DNA of 64,000 bases from an uncultured Geminicoccaceae bacterium (lineage in GTDB: Bacteria > Pseudomonadota > Alphaproteobacteria > Geminicoccales > Geminicoccaceae), in contig CAYOCP010000016.1 of the NCBI GenBank assembly GCA_964402505.1, positions 27,853 to 91,852 on the forward strand. The letters run 5' to 3'. The notes under the pieces were generated by a model that was not told the DNA's origin, searched no databases, and worked only from the letters and a program-made list of their open reading frames with translations. Each line of letters opens with the position of its first letter. The first letter of the stretch is position 1. The position numbers and the translations under genes are program-made. Below, piece by piece: positions 1 through 11,345 of the stretch.

Positions 1-929
1 AGCACGTTCTGGACATCCCGGGCCTGCGCCTCGGTCTCGGCATGGACGATGTCTCGCACATGGACGAGGAGGTCGGCCTCGAGCACCTCCTCGAGCGTGG
101 CCCGGAAGGCCGCGACGAGCGAGGTCGGCAGGTCGGTGATGAAGCCCACCGTGTCGGAGAGGATGACCCGGCGGCCCGACGGCAGCCGCACGACCCGCAT
201 GGTCGGATCGAGCGTCGCGAAGAGCTTGTCCTCGGCCAGCACGTCGGCACCCGTCAGCCGGTTGAACAGGGTCGACTTGCCGGCATTGGTGTAGCCGACG
301 AGGGCGACGATCGGATAGGGCACGCGCTGGCGGGCGGCCCGGTGCAGGCCGCGGGTGCGCGTCACCTGCTCCAGCTCACGCTTCAGGGCAGTGATGCGGT
401 CGTCGATCCGCCGCCGGTCCAGCTCGATCTGGCGTTCGCCGGGCCCGCCCATGAAGCCGGCGCCGCCGCGCTGCCGCTCGAGATGGGTCCAGGAGCGCAC
501 GAGGCGCGAGCGCTGGTAGGTCAGGGCGGCGAGCTCGACCTGCAGGACACCTTCGCGGGTCCTCGCCCGCTCGCCGAAGATCTCGAGGATCAGCCCGGTG
601 CGGTCGATGACCTTGCACTGCCAGGCGCGCTCGAGGTTGCGCTGCTGGATCGGCGAAAGGCTGCCGTCGACGATGACGAGCGTCGCCTCGAGCGCCTCGA
701 TCCGCGTCTTCAGCTCCTCGATGCGACCGCCGCCGAGCAGGGTGGAGGGGCGGACGTCGCGAAGCGGCACCGTCTCCGCCGCCACCACGTCGAGATCGAT
801 GGCCGCAGCCAGCCCGACCGCCTCCTCGAGCCGCATCCGCGGCGATCGCCTGACGTCGCCGGCGAGATGCGGGTGTATGACGACAGCCCGCTGCCGCTCG
901 GGCAGCCTTGCCTCGCTATCCCCGGAAAT
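1..929 (-). CDS. hflX: GTPase HflX (3' end runs off the window)
   Basis: Minus-strand translation gives ...RAVVIHPHL...IVALVGYTNAGKSTLFNRLTGADVLAEDKLFATLDPTMRVVRLPSGRRVILSDTVGFITDLP... (G1 GYTNAGKS, G3 DTVGF). It lies immediately 3' of hfq, as in the conserved hfq-hflX pair. It is not in the ORF track because its stop is outside the window. The 5' end is uncertain: no in-frame ATG/GTG/TTG lies between the hfq stop and the conserved N-terminus, and ATT at 929 or CTG at 905 are the only candidates. Confidence 0.88.
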   Translation of the reverse strand, partial: MSGDSEARLPERQRAVVIHPHLAGDVRRSPRMRLEEAVGLAAAIDLDVVAAETVPLRDVRPSTLLGGGRIEELKTRIEALEATLVIVDGSLSPIQQRNLERAWQCKVIDRTGLILEIFGERARTREGVLQVELAALTYQRSRLVRSWTHLERQRGGAGFMGGPGERQIELDRRRIDDRITALKRELEQVTRTRGLHRAARQRVPYPIVALVGYTNAGKSTLFNRLTGADVLAEDKLFATLDPTMRVVRLPSGRRVILSDTVGFITDLPTSLVAAFRATLEEVLEADLLVHVRDIVHAETEAQARDVQNV

Positions 930-936
930 GGCCGCC

Positions 937-1212
937 TCAGCCCCGCTCGTGGGCGTGCTCGCGGGCCGCCTCCTCGGCTGCCGCCGGGTCGTAGAGCCGG
1001 ACCGCCGCCGACGGCATCACGGTCGAGACCGCGTGCTTGTAGACGAGCTGGACATGGCCGTCACGCCGCAGGAGCAGGCAGAAATTGTCGAACGAGCTGA
1101 TCACCCCTTGCAGCTTGACACCGTTGATGAGGAAGACCGTGACGGGAATCTTGTTCTTGCGGACGTGGTTGAGGAACACGTCCTGAAGATTTTGCTGCTT
1201 TTCGGCCGCCAT
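937..1212 (-). CDS. hfq: RNA chaperone Hfq
   Basis: 91-aa product [67 protein letters not shown]... is a typical Sm-like Hfq. Start taken at the internal ATG (1212) of tracked ORF 937..1311. Confidence 0.95.
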   Translation of the reverse strand: MAAEKQQNLQDVFLNHVRKNKIPVTVFLINGVKLQGVISSFDNFCLLLRRDGHVQLVYKHAVSTVMPSAAVRLYDPAAAEEAAREHAHERG

Positions 1213-1393
1213 CGATGGAGTCCTTCTGTCATCTTCTTGGTCGCGCGAGCACCCCGCCCCCCAAAATGTCGGTCGGCGAAACGGATGATCAAGCTCACCA
1301 TCGTCACACACACACGCTGACTCCTTAGAGTCAGGGGTCGACGCTTGCTAGCCCAGAAAACGGTGCGGCGTTGTTTTTTTGCCGATGCGGCGA

Positions 1394-2254
1394 TCAGATG
1401 ACGCCGGCGAGGCCCTGCGCCTCGAGATAGGCGTCGAGCAACCGGCAGGTGATCGAGCCGGGCTTGCCGTTGCCGATGCTGCGATCGTCGATCCGCGTCA
1501 CCGGCAGGACGAGGCTCGACGTGCTGGTGAGGAAGGCCTCGCGCGCCTCCTTCGCCTCGTCGACGCTGAAGGCGCGCTCCTCGATCGGAATGCCGAGCGC
1601 CGCGGCCGCCCTGAACAGGTTCTGGCGGGTGATGCCGCCCAGGATCTCGGGCCCGAGCGGGCGGGTGACGATGGTGCCGGATCGGTCGACGATGTAGGCG
1701 TTGGCCGAGCTGCCCTCGGTGACGAGCCCATCGGCGTCGAAGAGCCAGGCCTCGCGGGCACCCGCCTCGGCCGCCTGCTGCTTGGCCAGGACGTTGGGCA
1801 GGAGGCTGATGGACTTGATGTCGCAGCGCTTCCAGCGCTGGTCGGGCAGGGTGATGACGCCGACCCCGTTCTCGATCTCGTCGGGTTTCGGGAAGGGTGC
1901 GCGGCGCACCGTGACGACGAGGCTCGGCACCGCCTTCCTCGGAAAGACGTGATTGCGCGGCGCCGTGCCGCGGCTCACCTGCACGTAGACGATGGCGTGG
2001 CGGATGGCGTTCCGCTTCAGAGTCTCGAGGACGACCCTCTTCAGGGCCGCGCGCGACATCGGCATGGCCATGCGCAGCCCCTCGAGCGAACGCTCGAGCC
2101 GGTCGAGATGCCGCTCGAGGTCGCGCGGCTGGCCGGCCACGGTCTTGACCACCTCGTAGACGCCGTCGGCGAACTGGTAGCCCCGATCCTCGAGCGCCAC
2201 CGCCGCCTCCCCGATCGGAAGGTAACGTCCGTTTGCGTAGGCGATCCGGGCCAT
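1394..2254 (-). CDS. Class IV aminotransferase (D-amino-acid / branched-chain type)
   Basis: 286 aa starting MARIAYANGRYLPIGEAAVALEDRGYQFADGVYEV..., with ...LVTEGSSANAYIV... and ...GGITR..., which fits the fold-type IV PLP aminotransferase pattern. ATG at 2252-2254 lies inside the over-long tracked ORF 1394..3118. Confidence 0.8.
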   Translation of the reverse strand: MARIAYANGRYLPIGEAAVALEDRGYQFADGVYEVVKTVAGQPRDLERHLDRLERSLEGLRMAMPMSRAALKRVVLETLKRNAIRHAIVYVQVSRGTAPRNHVFPRKAVPSLVVTVRRAPFPKPDEIENGVGVITLPDQRWKRCDIKSISLLPNVLAKQQAAEAGAREAWLFDADGLVTEGSSANAYIVDRSGTIVTRPLGPEILGGITRQNLFRAAAALGIPIEERAFSVDEAKEAREAFLTSTSSLVLPVTRIDDRSIGNGKPGSITCRLLDAYLEAQGLAGVI

Positions 2255-2295
2255 TGAGTTCCTTTCCTCAATTTCGGGTCCAATACGGGCGCCGG

Positions 2296-3672
2296 TCAGA
2301 AATAGTCGAGCCGCACGGCGAAGAGCTGCTCGACCTTGCGCACCACATCGCTCCGCGCCACCATGATCACCCGGTCGTGCGCCTGCACCACGGTGTCGCT
2401 CCGCGGCATGATCACCTGACCCTCGCGGATGACCGCGCCGACGATCATGCCGCCCGACGCCCTGAACTCCTTGAGCGGCTTGCCGACCAAAGGCGAGGTC
2501 TCGAGCGCGACCGCCTCGTAGATCTCGGCCTCGCCGTCGCGGATGGAGTGCACCGACTTGAGCCGCCCGCGGCGGACGTGCTGGAGGATGCTCGAGACCG
2601 TCGTCTCGCGCGGATTGATGGCGACGTCGAGGCCGATCAGCCGGACAACGAGGTTGTAGGTGCTGTTGTTGACGAGGGCGAGGGCGCGCTCGCAGCCCAG
2701 GCGCTTGCCGAGCAGCGCCGCCATGATGTTGACCTCGTCGTCGTTCGTCACGGTGACGATGGCCTGGGCGCTTCGGACGTTGGCCTCGTCGAGCAGGGTG
2801 CGGTCCCGGGCGTCGCCGCACAGAACCACGGTCCGCTTCAGCTCGTCGGCGATCCGCTCCGCGCGCTCGGCGTTGTTCTCGATCACCTTGATCGAGAGGT
2901 GCTGGTAGCGGCGCTCGAGCTCGCGGGCGAGGAAGAGGCCGATATTGCCGCCGCCGACGATGATGACCCGGTCGCTCATCCGCTCCTCGTAGCCGAAGGC
3001 GGGCAGCGCACGCTCGAGATGCGCGGTCTCGACCACGAAATGCACCTCGTCCTCGGCTCGGAGCTGGTCGTCGGCATGGGGGATGAAGAACTGGTCGCCG
3101 CGCGCCACGCCGACGCACACCAGATGCAGATCCGGGAAGAGGTAGGTGAGCTGCCGGAGCGGCGTGTTGATGATCGGCGTGTCCTCGTTGCAGCGCAGGG
3201 CGATGAGGCGCACCCGGTCGTCGGCGAAGGGCACGACATTGAGGGCGCCCGGCACCTCGAGCCGCAGGGCGATGGCGTGCGCCACCTCGACCTCGGGCGA
3301 GATCACCACGTCGATCGGCAGATGGTCGCGGCGGAAGAGGTCCTGCCAGCGGCTCTGCAGGTAGTCCTGCTGGCGCACCCGGGCGATCTTGGTCGGCACG
3401 TTGAAGAGGGTGTGGGCGACCTGGCAGGCCACCATGTTGACCTCGTCCGCCTGGGTCACCGCGATCAGCATGTCGGCATCGTCGGCGCCGGCATGCTCCA
3501 GCGTCGAGGGATGCGAGGCGTGGCCGACCATCGCCTGGATGTCGAGGCTGTCGCCGATCTTGCGGACCAGCTCCGGCCGCTGGTCGATGATCACCACGTC
3601 ATTGCCGGCGGCCGCCAGATAGCGCGCGATGTTGAAGCCGACGAGGCCGGCCCCGGCGACGATCACCTTCAT
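2296..3672 (-). CDS. trkA: Trk potassium uptake system protein TrkA
   Basis: 458 aa with two Rossmann TrkA-N repeats (MKVIVAGAGLVGFNIARYL..., ...VIIVGGGNIGLFLAREL...) and TrkA-C segments. Conserved position next to ntrYX in alphaproteobacteria. Confidence 0.9.
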   Translation of the reverse strand: MKVIVAGAGLVGFNIARYLAAAGNDVVIIDQRPELVRKIGDSLDIQAMVGHASHPSTLEHAGADDADMLIAVTQADEVNMVACQVAHTLFNVPTKIARVRQQDYLQSRWQDLFRRDHLPIDVVISPEVEVAHAIALRLEVPGALNVVPFADDRVRLIALRCNEDTPIINTPLRQLTYLFPDLHLVCVGVARGDQFFIPHADDQLRAEDEVHFVVETAHLERALPAFGYEERMSDRVIIVGGGNIGLFLARELERRYQHLSIKVIENNAERAERIADELKRTVVLCGDARDRTLLDEANVRSAQAIVTVTNDDEVNIMAALLGKRLGCERALALVNNSTYNLVVRLIGLDVAINPRETTVSSILQHVRRGRLKSVHSIRDGEAEIYEAVALETSPLVGKPLKEFRASGGMIVGAVIREGQVIMPRSDTVVQAHDRVIMVARSDVVRKVEQLFAVRLDYF

Positions 3673-3699
3673 GCTGTGCCCGTGTCCCTGCCGGCCAGT

Positions 3700-5079
3700 T
3701 CAGTCCTCGCTGTGCAGACCCAGCGTCTTCAGCTTGCGGTGCAGCGCCGACCGCTCCATGCCGACGAAATTGGCGGTGCGCGAGATATTGCCGCCGAACC
3801 GCTGCAATTGCGCCTGCAGGTAGGTGCGCTCGAACTGCTCGCGCGCCTCGCGCAAGGGCATGGACACGAACTCGCCGTTGGCCCTCGGATCCATGCCCCT
3901 GGCGGCGCTGTCGGTGAGCTCGGGCGGCAGGCCGGCGACGCCGATCGGCGCCCTGGTCTCGCCCGCCATGATCAGCATCCACTCGATCGTGTTGCGCAAC
4001 TGGCGGATGTCCCCCGGCCATTCGGCGGTCTGCAGCACCGCCATGGCGTCGTCGGCGATGTCGTGCGGCTGCAGCCCGGATTCGGCGGCGGCGACGGTCA
4101 TGAAGTGGCGGGCCAGCTCCGGAATGTCCGTCCGGTGCTCGGCTAGGGGTGGAATCTCCACCGGCACCACGTTGATCCGGTAGTACAGATCCTCGCGAAA
4201 GCGGCCGGCGGCCATCTCGGCCTGCAGGTCGCGATTGGTGGTGGCGATGACGCGGACGTCGACCTCCCGGCGATTGTTGCCGCCCGGCCGGATGAAGCTC
4301 CGCTCCTGCAGTGCCCTGAGCACCTTGCCCTGGGTGTCGAGCGGCATGTCGGCCACCTCGTCGAGCAGAAGGGTGCCGCCATCGGCCCGCTCGAGAAGCC
4401 CTATCACGCGCGGCTGGTCGGGTGCGAGCCAGCCCGGCTCGCAGCCGAAGAGCTCGACATCGACCCGCTCCGGCGCCAGCGCCGCGCAATTGAGGACGAC
4501 GAAGGGTCCGTCGGCCCGGCGCGACTGCATGTGGATCATGCGCGCCGCCACCTCCTTGCCGGCACCGGGGGGGCCGGAGATCAGGATCCGGCTGTTGGTC
4601 GGCCCGACCTTCTGGATGGTGGCGCGCAGCTTGCCGATGATGGCCGAGCTGCCGATGAGCTCCACCTTCTGGGCCCGGCTGCGCAGCTCCTCGTTCTCCC
4701 GCCTGAGCCGGCTCAGCTCCATGGCCCGCTCGACCGCATGCAGGAGGCGGTCGGACTTGAAGGGCTTCTCGATGAAGTCGAGGGCACCCTTCTTGATGGC
4801 CGCGACCGCGGTCTCGATGGTGCCGTGGCCGCTGAACATGACGACGGGCAGGCCCGGATAGCTCGCCCGCACCTGGTCCAGGATCTGCACGCCGTCCATG
4901 CGGCTGCCCTCGAGCCAGATGTCGAGCAGGAGCAGGGCCGGGGGCTTGCGCGCGACCTCGCGGAGCGCCTCGTCGCTGGTCGCGGCCTGACGCGGCACGT
5001 AGCCCTCGTCCTCGAGCACCGCGGCGACGACCTCGCGGATCGCGGCCTCGTCATCGACGATCAGTACTTCCTTGCTCAT
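3700..5079 (-). CDS. ntrX: Sigma54-type AAA+ response regulator NtrX
   Basis: N-terminal receiver (VLIVDDEAAIREV...LLLLDIWL), AAA+ core (ISGPPGAGKEVAARMIH) without a GAFTGA loop, and a C-terminal HTH (GGNISRTANFVGMERSALHRKLK). Follows ntrY. Confidence 0.85.
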   Translation of the reverse strand: MSKEVLIVDDEAAIREVVAAVLEDEGYVPRQAATSDEALREVARKPPALLLLDIWLEGSRMDGVQILDQVRASYPGLPVVMFSGHGTIETAVAAIKKGALDFIEKPFKSDRLLHAVERAMELSRLRRENEELRSRAQKVELIGSSAIIGKLRATIQKVGPTNSRILISGPPGAGKEVAARMIHMQSRRADGPFVVLNCAALAPERVDVELFGCEPGWLAPDQPRVIGLLERADGGTLLLDEVADMPLDTQGKVLRALQERSFIRPGGNNRREVDVRVIATTNRDLQAEMAAGRFREDLYYRINVVPVEIPPLAEHRTDIPELARHFMTVAAAESGLQPHDIADDAMAVLQTAEWPGDIRQLRNTIEWMLIMAGETRAPIGVAGLPPELTDSAARGMDPRANGEFVSMPLREAREQFERTYLQAQLQRFGGNISRTANFVGMERSALHRKLKTLGLHSED

Positions 5080-5121
5080 CCGCTTCGCCCGTCTCCACTG
5101 CGGGGGCCGGCCGGCCCGCGC

Positions 5122-7419
5122 TCACGATGCCCGCCCACCAGCCGGCCGCGGCCGGCCCTCGACGATCCGCTCCGCCGGAAACACCAGCTTGACCAGGGCA
5201 CCGCCGAACTCGCTCCGGTCGAGCTCCACACGGCCCGCATGTTCCTCCATAATCTTGTGGACGATGGCAAGCCCCAAGCCCGTGCCCTTGGCCTTCGTGG
5301 TGACGTAGGGCTCGAGAAAGCGCTGCCGCTCGCCGGGCGGAAAGCCGCTGCCGCTGTCGGCCACCAGAACGGCGAGCTCGTGATCGCCGCGCCGCACCCG
5401 GACCTCTACCACACGCTCGGGAAGGGGGCCACCGTCGCCATCCGGCCCGGCCGGTGCGAGGGCGACCTCCTCGACCGCCTGCACCGCGTTCTGGAGGACG
5501 TTGGTCAGGGCCTGGCTGATCTTCTCGCCGTCGCAGTCGAGGTAGACATTCGCCTGGCCGTCGAGATCGACGGTGAGGCGAATGTCGGGATGGGCGCCCT
5601 GCTGGAGCTCGACCGCATGATGGACGAGCTCCGCCAGCGGCTCCGGGCGCATGCTGGCGTTGGGCATCCGCGCAAACGCGGAGAACTCGCGGATCAGCCG
5701 TCCGATGACGTCGACCTGACGAATGATGGTGTCGATCGCCCGATGGAAGGACGAGCGGTCGGCCTCGTCGATCTGGCCCGCGAACTTGCGGCCGAGCCGC
5801 TCCGCCGAGAGCTGGATCGGCGTCAGGGGGTTCTTGATCTCGTGCGCGATGCGTCGTGCCACCTCCGCCCAGGCTGCCTGCCTCTGGGCGCTCAGAAGTG
5901 CCGTGATGTCGTCGAAGGTCAGGACGTATCCCACGATCTCCTCGCCCTCGCGCTGGGCCGCGAGGCGCACGAGCAGCGTGTACTCGGCCTGTCCGCGACG
6001 CACCGTCACCTGCTGCTGGACCGTCTGCCCGGCCGAGAGCTCCGCCCGCTCGAAGAGCGGCAGCGTCTCCGGCAGGGCCTTGCCGATGTCGACGCCGGCG
6101 ATCTCGTCGCCGGCCGGTGAATCGAGGAACTGGCTGGCGGCGCGGTTGGGCAGCACGATCCGGCGCTCGGCGTCGAGGCCGATCACGCCGGCGGTGACAC
6201 CGGCGAGCACCGCCTCGGTGAAGCGGCGGCGGGCGTCGAGCTGGTGGTTGGCATCGATCAGCTCACGGCGCTGGCTGTGCAGCTGCGTCGCCATCCGGTT
6301 GAAGGCGCGGATGAGGACGCCGATCTCGTCGTCGCTCGCCCCTTCCGGCACCCGCGCCAGAAGATCGCCCGTGCGCACCCGGTCGGCGGCGCCGATGAGC
6401 TGACCGATCGGCGCAACCAGCCGGTCGGCGACCGCCATGCCGGTCCAGACGGCGGCGAACAGGAGCAGGAGGGCGACGAGGCCGAAGAGGATGCCGGAGG
6501 TGATCTGGATGCCGCGCCTCTGGGTCGAGAGCTGCTGGTACTCGCGCACCACGCTCTGGGTGCGCTGCATGAAGCCCAGGACCTCGGCATCGACGAAGCG
6601 GCCGACGAAGAGATAGGCGTCGCCGAAGCCGAAGAGCTGGACCAGCGCCCTCACCCGATCGTCGGCCGACGAGGTGACGGTGACCACCTCGCCCGCCTCG
6701 GCCCGGGTCAGGGCACCGGGCGGCAGGTACTCCATCTCGAGGCCGAAGCTGAGGCCGGTGCGGGCGAGGACGTTGCCGAGCCGGTCGAAGACGATGGCCT
6801 CGGTGAGCGAGCGGACCGCCGCCTGGCCCGCGACGAACTGCTGCAGCCTGGCCGGGTCGCCGAGCAGGTAGGGGGCCTCGCGGTTGAGATCGGCCGCCAT
6901 GGCCAGGGCATCGGCGCGGATGTTCTCCTTGTGCTCCTCGAGATAGGCCTCGGCGACGTTCATGGAGGTGTCGAGGGCGGTCCTGATCCGGTCGCCGAAC
7001 CAGGCCTCGAGGCCGGAGCTGAGGAAGAGCACCGAGAACACCGAGACGATGATCGCCGGCGCCACCGCCACCACCGCGAAGAGCGCCACCAGCCGGCCAT
7101 GCAGCTTCGAGCCGGCGCGGCCCTGCCGGTGCTCCAGCACCAGCATGACGAGCCGCCGGGCGATGATGACGCCGAGCAGCAGCAGCAGGACGAGGTCGAT
7201 ATTGAGCAGCAGCACGACCGTCTGCACGCTGCGCCCGTAGGGCGGTGCGGTCGAGATCACGACGTAGGTCGCGATGCCCGAGATGACGGCGAGGATCGAC
7301 AGGAGCAGCGCCAGCTTGCGCTCGAGGTCGAAGCGGCGCAGCCGCTCGAGCAGCGACCGGTCCTTGCCGCGCAGGCCCTGGAGCAGGCTGCCGAAGGTCG
7401 ATGAGGAGGGTGTGTCCAA
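5122..7419 (-). CDS. ntrY: Sensor histidine kinase NtrY
   Basis: 765 aa with N-terminal TM helices, HAMP and PAS domains, H-box IAHEIKNPLTPIQLSAERL and an ATPase motif GTGLGLAIVHKIMEEH. Lies between ntrC and ntrX. Confidence 0.85.
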   Translation of the reverse strand: MDTPSSSTFGSLLQGLRGKDRSLLERLRRFDLERKLALLLSILAVISGIATYVVISTAPPYGRSVQTVVLLLNIDLVLLLLLGVIIARRLVMLVLEHRQGRAGSKLHGRLVALFAVVAVAPAIIVSVFSVLFLSSGLEAWFGDRIRTALDTSMNVAEAYLEEHKENIRADALAMAADLNREAPYLLGDPARLQQFVAGQAAVRSLTEAIVFDRLGNVLARTGLSFGLEMEYLPPGALTRAEAGEVVTVTSSADDRVRALVQLFGFGDAYLFVGRFVDAEVLGFMQRTQSVVREYQQLSTQRRGIQITSGILFGLVALLLLFAAVWTGMAVADRLVAPIGQLIGAADRVRTGDLLARVPEGASDDEIGVLIRAFNRMATQLHSQRRELIDANHQLDARRRFTEAVLAGVTAGVIGLDAERRIVLPNRAASQFLDSPAGDEIAGVDIGKALPETLPLFERAELSAGQTVQQQVTVRRGQAEYTLLVRLAAQREGEEIVGYVLTFDDITALLSAQRQAAWAEVARRIAHEIKNPLTPIQLSAERLGRKFAGQIDEADRSSFHRAIDTIIRQVDVIGRLIREFSAFARMPNASMRPEPLAELVHHAVELQQGAHPDIRLTVDLDGQANVYLDCDGEKISQALTNVLQNAVQAVEEVALAPAGPDGDGGPLPERVVEVRVRRGDHELAVLVADSGSGFPPGERQRFLEPYVTTKAKGTGLGLAIVHKIMEEHAGRVELDRSEFGGALVKLVFPAERIVEGRPRPAGGRAS

Positions 7420-7459
7420 GGCGCTCCGGATGACGGGCCCGCCCCGGGGATCGCCGGAA

Positions 7460-8896
<1,437 letters not shown>

Positions 8897-8937
8897 CCGA
8901 ACCCCGCTCTCGAGCCCATCGCCATGTCCGCCGCCGT

Positions 8938-10065
8938 TCAGCGCGCCGTCGGCAGGCGGACCCGGAAGATCGACCCCGGCTGGCCGCGCGCGTAGGCGAC
9001 GAGCCCGCCATGCTCGCCCACGATCTTCGCCACCAGCGAGAGGCCGAGCCCGCTGCCCTTCGCCTTGGTCGTGACGAAAGGCTGGAAGAGATGGTCCACC
9101 ATGTCGGCCGCCACGCCAGGCCCCGTATCGCGCACCTCGACCGTGATCGGCAGCTCCAGCCGATCGCCGGCGGCGCCGACCGTCATGCGCAAGCCGTGCC
9201 GGTAGTGGGTCGAGAGGGTGATCTGGCCGCCCTCGGCGGGAAGCGCCTCGGCCGCGTTCTTGACCAGGTTGAGAAAGACCTGGACGAGCTGGTCGCGGTC
9301 GCCCTCCACCTCCGGCAAGGACGGGTCGTAGAGCTCCAGGATGCGGAGATGCCGGCCGAAGCCGTTCTGTGCCAGGCGCCGGACATGCTCGAGCACGAGA
9401 TGGATGTTGACCGGCCGGCGTTCGATGCGGGCCTCCTCGCTGAAGGCATCCATGCGGTCGACGAGGGCGCAGATGCGGTCGGTCTCGTCGCAGATGAGCC
9501 GCACCAGCGAGCGGTCCTCCTCGTCGAGCGCGGGTGCGAGAAGCTGGGCGGCCCCCCTTATGCCGGAGAGCGGGTTCTTGACCTCGTGCGCCAGGGTCCG
9601 GGCCAGGCCCGCTATGGACCGGCCATTGCCGCGAGCGGCCGGGCCCCGGTCGAGCCGCTCCGCCATCGAGCAGGGGTGAAGCACCACGAGGACGTGATCC
9701 TCCGCCTCGGGGATGGGCGAGATATGGGCATCGACCGTCACCATCAGGCCCCGCTGGAGGGCGAGCTCGATGCCGTATTCCGAGATCGAGCCGCCCCCGC
9801 CCCTGAGCTGTGCGATCAGCGCCATCAGCGTGCTGTGCGGCGCGAGCAGGTCCTCGAGCGGCCGGCCGAGCAGAACCGGGCGGCCGAGCGAGAAGAGCTG
9901 CTCGGCCGCGGGATTGGCCATGACCAGCACGCCGCGCGCCAGCACCAGCACAGGGCTCGGCAGGTTGTCGAGCACGATCTCGGGCAGGATGGCGGAACCC
10001 GGCTGCGACCGTCCATCCTCGAGCACGCGCATGCGGGTTTCCGCTACTGATGAAATTTCAGGCAT
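8938..10065 (-). CDS. ntrB: Nitrogen regulation sensor kinase NtrB
   Basis: PAS domain, H-box [19 protein letters not shown] and ATPase motif [18 protein letters not shown]. Start set at the ATG at 10065 (MPEISSV...). The tracked ORF extends to 10170, and ATG 10032 is also possible. Confidence 0.85.
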   Translation of the reverse strand: MPEISSVAETRMRVLEDGRSQPGSAILPEIVLDNLPSPVLVLARGVLVMANPAAEQLFSLGRPVLLGRPLEDLLAPHSTLMALIAQLRGGGGSISEYGIELALQRGLMVTVDAHISPIPEAEDHVLVVLHPCSMAERLDRGPAARGNGRSIAGLARTLAHEVKNPLSGIRGAAQLLAPALDEEDRSLVRLICDETDRICALVDRMDAFSEEARIERRPVNIHLVLEHVRRLAQNGFGRHLRILELYDPSLPEVEGDRDQLVQVFLNLVKNAAEALPAEGGQITLSTHYRHGLRMTVGAAGDRLELPITVEVRDTGPGVAADMVDHLFQPFVTTKAKGSGLGLSLVAKIVGEHGGLVAYARGQPGSIFRVRLPTAR

Positions 10066-10190
10066 TCTCCGACACCTGCCTGCCGGCTGGGCACGCTTTA
10101 GCGGATCCCGCGGACGCGCACAATGTTCCCGATTGCCGACGGGCCTGCTAGGCTTCGCCTTTCGGGGCACGCGGGAGCGGACAGAGGCCG

Positions 10191-11345
10191 ATGGAGTGGG
10201 TGGCGCTGGTCATGGCGGCGGGCAGCGGCTCAAGGCTCGGAGGCGATCTGCCCAAGCAGTATCGGTCCCTGGCCGGCCGGCCGATGCTGCGCCGCACGCT
10301 CGACGGCCTCATCACCTGCCCGGGGGTCGGGCAGATCCGGGTGGTGATCGGCGCCGGGCAGGAGGACCACTACGCGGCGGCGACGCAGGGTCTCGACCTG
10401 CCGCCGCCGGTGATCGGCGGCGCCACGCGGCAGGACAGCGTCCGCCGCGGCCTCGAGGCGCTGGCGACGCAGGCGCCGGCGCACGTTCTCGTCCACGACG
10501 CCGCCCGGCCCTTCGCCTCGCCCGCGCTGATCGAGCGGGTGCGCGCCGGCCTCGCCACCGAAGCGGCCGTGCTGCCGGTGCTGCCCGTGGTCGACACGTT
10601 GAAGAAGGTGGACGAGGACGGCAGGGTCGGGGCCGACGTGCCGAGGACCGGCCTCGGCCGGGCACAGACCCCGCAGGGCTTCGCTTTCGCGACCCTGCTC
10701 GACGCCCATCGCCGCCATGCCGGCCGGGACTGCACCGACGATGCCGGTGTCGTGGCCCTGGACGGCGTGTCGGTGCTGGCAATCGAAGGTGACGAGGCGA
10801 ACTTCAAGGTGACGACCGAAGCCGACCTCGCCCGTGCCGAGAGGCTTCTGGCCCAGCGGCCGCGCCGCTGGATCAGCGCTTCCGGCTTCGACGTGCACGC
10901 CTTCGCCGAGGGCCGGCCGCTGGTGATCTGCGGCATCGTCCTGCCGCACGAGCGCGGTCTCGCCGGCCACTCGGACGCCGACGTCGCCCTCCACGCCGTC
11001 ACCGACGCGCTTTTGGGTGCTGTCGCCGAGGGCGATATCGGCAGCCATTTCCCGCCCTCCGACGCGCGCTGGCGGGACGTCGCCAGCGCCCGCTTCCTCG
11101 CCCATGCGGCCGGGCTCGTGCAGGCCAAGGGCGGCCGTATCGAGCATGTCGACCTCACCATCATCGGCGAGCGGCCGAAGATCGGCCCGCACCGCGAGGC
11201 GCTGCGCGCCAGCCTCGCCGGCCTTCTGGCGCTCGATCCGGCCAGGGTCAGCGTCAAGGCCACGACCACCGAGCGGCTCGGCTTCTGCGGCCGCGAGGAA
11301 GGCCTCGCCGCCCAGGCCACCTTGAGCCTGAGCTTTCCCGCATGA
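10191..11345 (+). CDS. ispDF: Bifunctional MEP cytidylyltransferase / MECDP synthase IspDF
   Basis: N-terminal IspD (VMAAGSGSRLGGDLPKQY) fused to IspF (GFDVHAF...GHSDADVALHAV). Confidence 0.92.
   Translation: MEWVALVMAAGSGSRLGGDLPKQYRSLAGRPMLRRTLDGLITCPGVGQIRVVIGAGQEDHYAAATQGLDLPPPVIGGATRQDSVRRGLEALATQAPAHVLVHDAARPFASPALIERVRAGLATEAAVLPVLPVVDTLKKVDEDGRVGADVPRTGLGRAQTPQGFAFATLLDAHRRHAGRDCTDDAGVVALDGVSVLAIEGDEANFKVTTEADLARAERLLAQRPRRWISASGFDVHAFAEGRPLVICGIVLPHERGLAGHSDADVALHAVTDALLGAVAEGDIGSHFPPSDARWRDVASARFLAHAAGLVQAKGGRIEHVDLTIIGERPKIGPHREALRASLAGLLALDPARVSVKATTTERLGFCGREEGLAAQATLSLSFPA

Noticed and set aside
2233-4146. 637-aa plus-strand ORF across the trkA/ntrX region. The same applies to 42..1100, 1379..2257, 4531..6120, 7274..8995, 9010..10050, 20603..22039, 22061..24292, 25459..27534 (-), 52107..53666 (-), 58039..60555 and 60221..61735
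   Set aside because: All of them are antisense or out of frame to genes with clear family signatures. They show Arg/Ala/Gly/Pro-rich compositions expected from reading GC3-rich genes in wrong frames.
8938-10170. Long N-terminal extension of NtrB (start at 10170) and similar extensions of lpdA (15280), the class IV aminotransferase (3118), the RraA-like gene (33716) and the baeRF-like gene (35966)
   Set aside because: The extensions are Arg/Pro-rich, and several (for example 1394..3118, the class IV aminotransferase ORF) run into neighbouring genes. Internal ATG codons at the expected conserved N-termini, some preceded by RBS-like purine tracts, were preferred.
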